A stretch of 64,000 nucleotides of DNA from a candidate division WOR-3 bacterium (GTDB lineage: Bacteria > Hydrothermota > Tepidihabitantia > Tepidihabitantales > Tepidihabitantaceae): assembly GCA_965649295.1 (NCBI GenBank), contig CBFGKH010000007.1, positions 75,464 through 139,463 of the forward strand, in the 5' to 3' direction. Below the pieces are notes generated by a model. It saw nothing but the letters and a program-made list of their open reading frames with translations, made no database searches and was not told the DNA's origin. Both the position numbers and the translations under genes were made by a program. Positions 55,401-63,300 of the stretch are shown in pieces. Each line of letters begins with the position of its first letter. Within the stretch, counting starts at the first letter, position 1.

Positions 55401-57986
55401 ATGGTGCCGGCAAACAACTCGGCAAACGGTAGCGTGACAGTAGCGGTGCGCGATGTCGGCTGTTCGGTGCTGCTGGCACCAAGTGGGACAGTTGACTCCG
55501 GTACGGTGGTGACACCGGCCTGCACAGTGGCAAACTACGGGACTGGCCCAGCAAGCTACACGGTGCGGATGCGGATTGGCGCGAGCTATGAGCAGACAGC
55601 AGTAGTGACGAATCAGCCGGCCGGTGCGCGAACCTATGTCACTTTCCCGGTTTGGACCGCAACTGGCCGGGGCACCTTCGCCGTGACCTGTTCGACCGAG
55701 TATGGGAATGATATGGTCAGCGATAACGACAAGCAGACGGGCAACGTGACTCTGGCAGTGCGCGATGTTGGCTGCCTGGCCATTCTTGCGCCGCTGGGGA
55801 TGATTGACTCCGGCACAGTGGTGACGCCGGCTTGCAGTGTGGTCAACTACGGGGCCAGTCCAGCGACTTACACGGTGCGGATGCAGATTGGGGCTGACTA
55901 CGATGAGATTGCGCAGGTGACCAGTCAGGCACCAGGGGCTAGGAGCCTGATTCTTTTCCCGGCCTGGACTGCCCAGAGGCGGGGTGGCTTCGCGGTGAGT
56001 TGTGCCACCGAATACAGTGACGACATGGTGCCGGACAATAATACTGCGAGTCAGGCTGGGTTGGTCGCGGTGCACGATGCTGCGGTCACGGCTGTGACCT
56101 GGCCAGTCGGCGCAGTGCCACCAGGGCCGCTGGTGCCAACCGCGATGCTCAGCAATCGTGGCAATCTGCGGGAGCCGGTTAGAGTCTTCTGCTCTATCAA
56201 CTCACTGCCTAGTTATCAGGACAGTGTCGTGCTGGCGGCTGGTCTGCCGGTTGGGCTTGATACCGTGATTAGTTTCAGTCCGTGGCTGGCGAGTTTTGGC
56301 GATTATGTCGTACGTTGCTCGGTTGCGCTGGTAACAGAGCAGCAACCGGCGAACAACGTCACCGGCCACAGCTTCCACGTTATTGGGCTGCCCGATGTGG
56401 GCTGTGCAGCAATTGTCGCGCCGACCGGCACGATTGACACAGCGACGGCCGTGGTGCCGAAGGCGTGGGTGCGCAACTGGGGCAGCGTCACGGCCAGTCT
56501 TGATGTGGTCTGTCGCATTCAGCGCGGAACGACGACGGTTCATAGCGACACGCAGTTCGTGGCGGCGTTGGGGTCAGGCGAGAGCCTGCTCGTGTCGTTT
56601 GCTGCCTGGCCGCAGCCGCACCAGCCGGGTCGTTATCTCGTCGCCTGTTCTACGCGCTGGGTGATGGACAGCGTGCCGACCAATGACCGCGTTGAGACTG
56701 AGTTCCTAGTCACTGTCGGGCAGACCGTAACCGGCTGGCAGCCGGCGGAGTCGCTGCCAAGCAGCGTTCCGGTTCGTGAAGGCGGCGCACTCTGCTGCGA
56801 CCAGGAGTGGCAGATGGTCTTCTCGCTCCTTGGCAACCGTACCCGCGAGTTCTTCGGATTTGATCCATACAGCGGTCGCTGGACTCAACTGCCGCCAATG
56901 CCAGCTGGCGCTAGCAATCGGCCCGTGGCTCGGGGCGGAGCGCTTTGTGCGGGCGGTGGTCAGGTCTATGCCCTGAAAGGGAACAGTACGCGCGAGTTCT
57001 ACCGCTACGACCCAGCGACTGGGACCTGGACGGAGTTGGAGCCGGTGCCGCTGGCCCTGGATCAGTCGGCAACGCGGGGTCGGCCGGTGCGGGCCGGCGC
57101 GAGCCTTGCCTATGTCAGTCGTAATGACTCAGGGTTCGTGTATGTCCTAAAGGGCTATGGCACTGAGTTCTATCGCTACGATGTCGCCAGCGATACGCAT
57201 GTCAGCCTTGGCAGTGTGCCGTATTCGACGCAGCCGCGCTATGACAAAGGCTCGTGGCTTGTCTATGACGGCAGCCGCTATCTCTATCTCCTGCAGGGGC
57301 GTTACAATGCCCTGTTCCGTTATGATGTAGGGGCTGAGCAGTGGGTGACGGCGCCGGCGTTGACACCAATGCCTTTCAACAGCAGCCGGCCCAGTAACAA
57401 GAAATCGGGTGACGGCGGCTGCGCCAGTTCGGATGGTCGGGTCATCTATGCGCTCAAGGGCAACAATACCCAGGAGTTCTGGCAGTACCGACCTGGTACG
57501 ACGGGCGATACCTGGGTTGAGCTGGAGACGATTCCGCGCTCGATGTTCCCGGGTGGTCAGCGCAAGAAGGTAAGGTATGGCGGTGGGATTGCCTATTTCG
57601 CTCCGACAGGCGTGCTCTATGCCCAGAAGGGTAACAGCTCACGCCAGTTCTGGGTCTATACACCGGCCCGGACAGTGCTGGCACAGCGGCCGCAGCGCGA
57701 TGGTGTCCAGGCAGAAGAGGCAGTGAACGACGATTCTCCAATGAGGCTTGGGCCGAACCCGCTCCGTTCCGGGTTCCTCAACCTGAGCATTGGTGCGTTC
57801 TCGCAGCCGGTTACCATATCCATCCACGATGCGCTCGGCCGCTCGGTTCTCACTCGCCAGTTGGGCGTCGGCCGTAGCGGCACGCGCGCTACGCTTGACC
57901 TGCGGGCGCTGCCGGCTGGAGTCTATCTTGTCCGGCTCGATCGCGGGGATCGGTGCGAGTCACGCAAGTTGGTCATCGAAGAGTAG
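52404..57986 (+). CDS. gingipain-like peptidase-C25-family protein fused to about 7 CARDB-like repeats, a Kelch-like propeller and a T9SS CTD (1860 aa)
   Basis: Signal peptide. C25-like catalytic region (YVIISAPP..., WVGHGDEYG, HASIACFTGAWD). 104-aa repeats DVGCAAIVAPSGTIDSGTVVTPACTVANYGTG... C-terminal blades and CTD paralogous to the other two giants. Confidence 0.8.
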   Translation: MRKCLLLLSIAALPLFAESIATTVRFDIKELSLSVTDGGDVVELAGYPALVQPGMPRLPRVVQTVVIPAGAEPTGVEVTEVEWQPVPGRFNVVPAQPDVPLPMPGKSFALPNVARDAAVYSSTAPYPAAVVRLLDAGTMNGYRLAHVELRPVRYIPGTGELLLATRISYQLEYARSAEVGTVPTQAQLEEAGRRLRQLVVNPGDVSRFAPRVSRSALSTLPPGNYPYVIISAPPVDTCFQRLADWKTRKGVPATVVTVSYIAANYTGTDTQTKIRNFIIDAYQTWGTNYVLLGGSGDQKNSGQNLVPARRCYYTASGAGYYSDEDMIPCDLYYGGLDGTWNADGDTIWGERTDNADMYADVHVGRASVYTVAQAQNFVNKVLTYEQNPPTNYVRKMLLPAAILWSSYNERPTQESIARMTPTEWLDAKLYERTSTLSRTRMRDSMNSGFGMGHWVGHGDEYGIYMGSSPYLNSSDAQTLTNGDKIGVHASIACFTGAWDEVPSGGDCFAEHLMNRVGGGTAAVLMNSRYGWGAYIPGTGYVFGPSERLDTTFCSAVLNQNNFRVGPALTYAKSSWVPYADSTGRYDMMRWCIYELNIFGDPELPIWTDEPATLTVAHAGTITTGMNLPYTVTVTTGASVPLESARVVLWKGNEVYASGLTNASGQVILLVSPQTVGTMLLTVTKRNYRPHLGTVNVTAGPTYDVGCATILVPSGTIDSGTVVTPACTVANYGTGTASYTVRMKIGAAYNQTATVTNQPAGARTYVTFPAWTATGRGSFSVSCSTELGSDVNQGNDKQTGSVMLAVRDVGCAAIVAPSGTIDSGTVVTPACTVANYGTGTASYTVRMKIGAAYNQAATVTNQPAGARTYVTFPAWTATSRGSFSVSCSTELAGDGVASNDKQTGTVTVVVRDIEVMAILAPTGTVDSGTVITPQATVRNNGTAAATFTVQLTIAGGSYSNTQTVTNLAAGAAQTVTFANWTALPRGGPYAVNCVAVLTGDMVPANNSANGSVTVAVRDVGCSVLLAPSGTVDSGTVVTPACTVANYGTGPASYTVRMRIGASYEQTAVVTNQPAGARTYVTFPVWTATGRGTFAVTCSTEYGNDMVSDNDKQTGNVTLAVRDVGCLAILAPLGMIDSGTVVTPACSVVNYGASPATYTVRMQIGADYDEIAQVTSQAPGARSLILFPAWTAQRRGGFAVSCATEYSDDMVPDNNTASQAGLVAVHDAAVTAVTWPVGAVPPGPLVPTAMLSNRGNLREPVRVFCSINSLPSYQDSVVLAAGLPVGLDTVISFSPWLASFGDYVVRCSVALVTEQQPANNVTGHSFHVIGLPDVGCAAIVAPTGTIDTATAVVPKAWVRNWGSVTASLDVVCRIQRGTTTVHSDTQFVAALGSGESLLVSFAAWPQPHQPGRYLVACSTRWVMDSVPTNDRVETEFLVTVGQTVTGWQPAESLPSSVPVREGGALCCDQEWQMVFSLLGNRTREFFGFDPYSGRWTQLPPMPAGASNRPVARGGALCAGGGQVYALKGNSTREFYRYDPATGTWTELEPVPLALDQSATRGRPVRAGASLAYVSRNDSGFVYVLKGYGTEFYRYDVASDTHVSLGSVPYSTQPRYDKGSWLVYDGSRYLYLLQGRYNALFRYDVGAEQWVTAPALTPMPFNSSRPSNKKSGDGGCASSDGRVIYALKGNNTQEFWQYRPGTTGDTWVELETIPRSMFPGGQRKKVRYGGGIAYFAPTGVLYAQKGNSSRQFWVYTPARTVLAQRPQRDGVQAEEAVNDDSPMRLGPNPLRSGFLNLSIGAFSQPVTISIHDALGRSVLTRQLGVGRSGTRATLDLRALPAGVYLVRLDRGDRCESRKLVIEE
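54510..56700 (+). repeat. in-frame tandem repeat array (period 312 bp, about 7 units); units 1 and 2 (54510-54821, 54822-55133) nearly identical at DNA level
   Basis: Reading units 1 and 2 side by side shows only scattered substitutions over about 300 nt. Later units (starting near 55134, 55446, 55758, 56070, 56394) are progressively more diverged. Confidence 0.75.
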
Positions 57987-58016
57987 TTTCTGAAAGGCGG
58001 CAACAATGGCGGCGGG

Positions 58017-58054
58017 CGAAAAGCCCGCCGCCTCAGCTTCTGTTCGGGTCGTCT
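58017..58054 (+). terminator. rho-independent terminator after the C25-peptidase gene
   Basis: ggcggcgggc gaaaa gcccgccgcc (10-bp stem) followed by a T-containing tail tcagcttctgttc. Confidence 0.5.
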
Positions 58055-58559
58055 TTCTGAAGCAGCTGGCAGAACGGCCAAGGCCGGTGCCAGAACCGGG
58101 TCAATAGCAGCTTGGGCGACGCACTTGCAGGTAGTGAGCCAAGCCGATTTCCGAACCTGAACCCAAGTAGCTCCGACAATTGGTCGGATAATCTGTCCTT
58201 CGGGGGTTGTCGTCGGACTCTTCCTAGCTGGTTTCGTCACCATTGGCGAGACCTGTCTTGAGATTCAGCCGGAAAGAGTGGCAGAATCAGCGGGCAAGGC
58301 CGACTGAGAGAGCTGTCGGCTAGGAGTCGGCGAGGCAGTCCCGGGGACAGGGGAGGGGGAGGAACGAGAAATTGGCTATCAGATTGCAGGAGCCAGAGTT
58401 AGAAGCGATGAGGGTGATCCGGCTCTGCACCCCAAAAGAGGTGCAACTGGGGTTTGTTGCCAGCCAAACCGTAGGCATTTGCGGAGCACGTAGTGCGGCC
58501 GGAATGCGGGGCGGCTCTGAACTCTTAGGTGAGTAGGCACGCCTAGCAGCAGGGATGGG

Positions 58560-59354
58560 TCAGGGCAGGAAGTGGCGGTAGAGGTCGGCGCGGCGGTCAG
58601 CGAACAGGTCGTTGCGCGGTGTGGCGTGTTTGTCCAGAGCGCGGAGCGGGTCGATCTCGACGATGCGCACTTCTTCGGTTTCGGCAGGGGCCTGGTCGAG
58701 AATCGCACCGTCAGGGCCGACAATCTGGCTCTTGCCGGTGAAGTGGAGGGTGTGCCGGCCAACAGTCTCAAAGCCGGTGCGATTGGCGAGAACCCAGTAG
58801 AGGCGGTTTTCGATTGCTCGGGAACGAGTCGTGGTCTGGGCAACGTCGAGCACGAGGTTGGCACAGTGGCAGATAATCTGCGCACCCTGAAGGGCAAGGC
58901 AGCGGGCAGCCTCGGGAAAGAAGTGGTCAAAGCAGACGAGCATTCCGACTTTGACACCGGCGTAGTCGAAAACCGGGAAAGGCAGGTTACCGGGCGTGAA
59001 GATATCTTTTTCGTCGAGGAAGAGGTGGGCTTTGCGATAGAGGCGGGTTGTCCCATCAGGCGTGACCATGGCGGCTGAGTTGTAGATACTGTCGCCGGCA
59101 CGTTCAGGCAGGCCGAAAACGATGGCGAGCTGGCGCTCGCGGCTGATGTGGAGCAGTTCGTCTGTTGACGGCCCGGGGATCGGCTCGGCCGCAGCGATGA
59201 GGGCCTCTTTCGATGGAAAGAGGTAGCCGGTCGTGCACATCTCGGGCAGGACAAGGAGGTCGGCCTCGACTTTTGCCAGGGCCTGCCGGATACGGTGCAG
59301 ATTGTCGGTCTTGTCGTGTAGAGTTGGACAGAACTGAAAAAAGCCTATTCTCAT
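58560..59354 (-). CDS. carbon-nitrogen hydrolase (nitrilase superfamily) protein
   Basis: 264 aa. Catalytic E-K-C context: LLVLPEM, YRKAHLF, GMLVCFD. Confidence 0.8.
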   Translation of the reverse strand: MRIGFFQFCPTLHDKTDNLHRIRQALAKVEADLLVLPEMCTTGYLFPSKEALIAAAEPIPGPSTDELLHISRERQLAIVFGLPERAGDSIYNSAAMVTPDGTTRLYRKAHLFLDEKDIFTPGNLPFPVFDYAGVKVGMLVCFDHFFPEAARCLALQGAQIICHCANLVLDVAQTTTRSRAIENRLYWVLANRTGFETVGRHTLHFTGKSQIVGPDGAILDQAPAETEEVRIVEIDPLRALDKHATPRNDLFADRRADLYRHFLP

Positions 59355-59366
59355 GCTGGTGTGCCC

Positions 59367-60251
59367 TCAGCTTCTCGGTTTGAACCCTTCGCCCAGAACC
59401 TCATAGACATCGGTGATGATGATGAACGCCTTGGGGTCAATCTGGCGGGCGATTTCGCGGCACTGGCCGACTTGACGTTTGGCAAGAACACAGAAGACAA
59501 TCGGCCGGCTTTCGCCGGTCCAGGCGCCGGTTGCCGGCAGGACCGTGGCACCGCGGCGGAGTTCTTTGGTGACAGCATTGGCAATCGCTTCAGCCTGAGT
59601 CGAGACGATGAACATTGCTCGGGTGTAGCTCAGGCCTTCGAGCACGAGGTCTATTGCCCGGGTTTGAAGGTAGAGGTTGAGGAAACCAAAAAGCGCTAGC
59701 TCGAAGTTGCTAAAGGAGATGCCGGCAGCCGAGATGACTATCGCATCAACGACAAGGATGGCAGTGCCGGTCGAGAGGTTGGAACGGGCATTGATGACCT
59801 GGCCGATGATGTCGGAACCGCCGGTTGAACCACCACCGCGGAAGACAAGACCGAGTCCAGTACCGAGTAGAATGCCGCCGAAGACACACGCAAGAATCGT
59901 GTTGTCGGTCGCAGGTTTGATGTGGAGCAGGTAAGTCGCACCGTCAATCATCAGCGATGAGACTGCAACACCGATTAGCGAACGGACAGCATAGCCGCGA
60001 CCAAGCACAGTGAAGCCAAGGATGAAAAGCGGGATGTTGAGAACAAGAATCGTCGTGCCGACCGGCCAGCGGAAGAAGTAGTTGAGAATCATTGCGATAC
60101 CGCCGACGCCGCCCGGAACGATGCGGTGAGGCAGTAAGAAGAGATTGTAGGCCATCGCCATCACAATCGCTCCGGTTGTGATGAAGAACGCCTGCGACAA
60201 CCAGACCTTTGTACGATTCGGCATGGGACAGTCTAGTTGGAGGTGCGGCAA
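59367..60251 (-). CDS. YitT-family membrane protein (DUF161 + DUF2179)
   Basis: 294 aa. Glycine-rich transmembrane helices (GGVGGIAMIL, GGGSTGGSDIIG) and the C-terminal DUF2179-like VVSTQAEAIANAVTKELRRGATVL. Confidence 0.75.
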   Translation of the reverse strand: MPHLQLDCPMPNRTKVWLSQAFFITTGAIVMAMAYNLFLLPHRIVPGGVGGIAMILNYFFRWPVGTTILVLNIPLFILGFTVLGRGYAVRSLIGVAVSSLMIDGATYLLHIKPATDNTILACVFGGILLGTGLGLVFRGGGSTGGSDIIGQVINARSNLSTGTAILVVDAIVISAAGISFSNFELALFGFLNLYLQTRAIDLVLEGLSYTRAMFIVSTQAEAIANAVTKELRRGATVLPATGAWTGESRPIVFCVLAKRQVGQCREIARQIDPKAFIIITDVYEVLGEGFKPRS

Positions 60252-60337
60252 TAGTCAATGCGGCACAGGTCTCAGTTTGTTAAGTTATAGTAAAGCAATC
60301 TAATAGCAGTAATGTCGCACTAACGGAGAATGTCGCA

Positions 60338-63300
60338 TTGGGTATTGACAACCGAGTCACGGCTAACTACAATCACTTTGTGCAGCAGGCTGTTGGAAGT
60401 CTTCTGCCAGACCAGGTCGTATCCGACCGGTATCAGATTCTATCCTATCTGGGCGGAGGGGAAGCAACTGAAGTCTATAAAGTTAGGGACTTAGTTGGTG
60501 GTAGGGTGCTGGCGCTGAAGGCGCTGCGACCTGACGCGCCTAAGGATGCTGAGCTCAGGCTGTCGCGTGAGTTCTACCATCTGTCTCGTTTCTCGCATAA
60601 AGGAATTGTCGCAGCACTCGACTACGGGTCAACTGCCGAACGCAGGCCATTCTTTACAATGGAGTTCGTAGATGGTCTGCCGATAACTTCTTTCTTTAAA
60701 AACGGTTATGAGCCCAGCTTGGTAGATGTTACTGTTGGGATACTGCGTGCGCTTGACTCGATCCACGCGCAGGGACTGATTCACTGCGACCTGAAGCCAG
60801 CAAACATCCTTGTGACAACCGAAACCGGCGTGCCAAGTCCTAAGCTCCTTGACTTTGGTTTCGCGGAGCAGATGAGCCTGACTGCAACTGCCCAGCCACG
60901 CGGGACACTAGGCTATGTCGCGCCAGAAGTGTTTAAGGGTACTGATGCTGATGCCAGGGCAGACCTATACTCTCTGGGTTTGGTGCTTTACGAGGTGATT
61001 ACCGGGCGCGGTCCGGCCCGCGAGCGCAACCTGCGTCAATGGCTGAAGATGCAGTACCGGTCTGATTTTGAGCCGCCCCGCAGCATTGACCCGAAGATTC
61101 CGGAGGCATTCGAGGCGGTTGTTCTTTCGTTGCTGCAGCGGGAGCCGGAGCGCCGACCCCATTCAGCAGCAGCAGTTATTGAGCTTCTGACCGGCAGGCA
61201 GGAAGAAGCTGTCATCGAGGCTGGCCCACGCAAGTACCTGATGGCGCCGGGATTTGTCGGGCGCAGTGATGAGCTGGGTGAGTTGCGCGACGCTCTTGAT
61301 GCCGCAGGCCGCGGCAAGCCAGGAGCTGTCGCAGTGTCGGGCGACCGTGGTGTTGGCAAGAGCCGGCTACTGGCTGAGTTCAAGTTCCTGGCCCAGCTTG
61401 AGGGTGCGACAATTCTCTCTTGCGAGCCGGTCTCGCTTGGTGCCAGGCCGCAGTCCCTAATCGAGACAGTTCTCAACTACCTGCGGGTCTATGCCAACAC
61501 GGTGCTGCCAGTCGCTGAGGAGGGCCGAGGCGGGTCCGAGGAGAGCAAGTATCGGCTATTTGAGACAGTCGCCCAGCGGCTGAAAGAGCTATCAGCTTCG
61601 CACCGGGTTGAGCACTCTTTGGTGCTGCTGGTTGATGACTTCGAGCTGTTTGATCCGACCAGCCTTGAGTTTCTGCGCTATCTCGTCTTCAGTCTCGAAA
61701 AGGAACGGCTGCTAGTCCTTGTCGCGGGGCTGAAGGAGAAGCGATTTCTAGACCTGATTGAGGAGTTGGGTCGGCGGCCCAACTCCCGCCACATCGCCCT
61801 GCCGCCGATGGGACGGGCCGAAGTGCGCAGTCTGGCCATTTCCCTGCTCGGCGATATTGCGGCAATTGACAGCCTGGCAGAGTGGCTCGAAGGGACGACT
61901 GGCGGCAATCCGCTTTTCGTTATCGAGACAATCCACTCGCTCATCGAAGGGAAGATACTGACTCTGCGCGGCGGCCGCTGGGTGCTGGTCGAGGAGGCGC
62001 TCGAGTCGTACCGACCGCCGAACACAGTCACGGAGGTGGTACGCCGTCGGCTAGAGGGTCTCTCCAATGACGAACTGGAGATTCTCCAGGTTGGTGCGGC
62101 AGCGGCTGGGCCGTTCACCCTTGAGTTCCTGCGCGCGGTTTCAGGTCTGGACGAACGCGTGCTGTTCAACGCCATTGGCCGGTTGCGGTCAATGGGTTTG
62201 TTGCGGTCTTTTGGCGGGGATGGCCAGGGACAGTTTGCTCTTTCGAGCAAGATTCTTGAGGCAGCGGTCACTGAGCGACTATCGCCCAGTGCCCGACGGG
62301 ACAATCATCGTCGAGTCGCGCTGGCGATTGAGCTGCTCTATCCAGACCGGCTGGACCGGCTGGTATTTGACCTTGCCCATCACTATACACAGGCAGGCAT
62401 AACCGACCGGGCGTATAGCTACGCACTGAAGGCCGGGACAAGGGCACGCGAGTTTGGGCTGACCGAGCTTGCGCTTGGTTTCTATGAGACCGCCTTCTCA
62501 CTGGCTGGACAGAGTATTACGCCGCGGGAGCGGGTAGAGCTGATTGAGAGAGTGGGTGAGCTTCGTGAGGCGACCGGCCGTTACCACGAAGCGATTGACA
62601 TTTACAAGCAGGGGATGAGCATCGTTGTGGCCGAGTCATCCGCTGGCCGGCCAGCGCTGGCTCGGTTCCTACGCAAGCTCGGATTGGTCTATCAGAAACT
62701 GGGTAACCAGGAAGAGTCAATAAGCTATCTAAGTCAGGCGCTCGCCTTGCAGCGGGACAAGGTGTCGGCCGACTATGTTCACATCCTGAATGACTTGGGC
62801 TGGTCCTACAGCACCGCCGGTCAGTTGGCAAAGGCGGAGGAGGTTCTGACTCAGGCGATGCAACTGGTTGAGCGGTTGCGGTCGCAGGATGAACGGACTT
62901 ACCAGCAACTCTCTGCGCGCACATTGTATAACTTCAGCGTGCAGGCCTATTCGCGGCGTGACAATGTGCTAGCTTTGCAGCTTGCCGAACGGTCGCTCGC
63001 CGCCTACGAGGCGTTGCAGGATGAGTACTACACGAGCAAAGTCAGTCAGTTCATTGCTACACTTTGGTGGCGGCGGGGTGAGTTGGGCCGAGCTCGGGCC
63101 TGTTATCAGCGTTACCTGCCAGGTCAGCGCAAGACGGGCGACGTCTATTTCCTGCTCCGTTCGCTGCAAGGACTGGGTATTATCAGTCAACAGGAAGGCG
63201 ACTGGAATAGCGCCCATGACTGCTATGCCGAAGCTCTGACCCTAGCTGAGCGGATTGGGGACCGGGCAGCGATGGTTGATCTTTACTCGAATATTGGCAC

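Noticed and set aside
54510-56700. Regularly spaced 312-bp repeats considered as a CRISPR-like array
   Set aside because: The repeats are in frame and encode CARDB-like protein domains within a long ORF. There are no short direct repeats with unique spacers and no cas genes.
58042-58559. 570-nt convergent intergenic region scanned for sRNA, RNase P, SRP or tmRNA signatures, and ORF 58379..59254 on the minus strand
   Set aside because: No recognisable conserved RNA motifs. The minus-strand ORF is a Ser/Pro/Thr-rich artefact overlapping the nitrilase gene out of frame.
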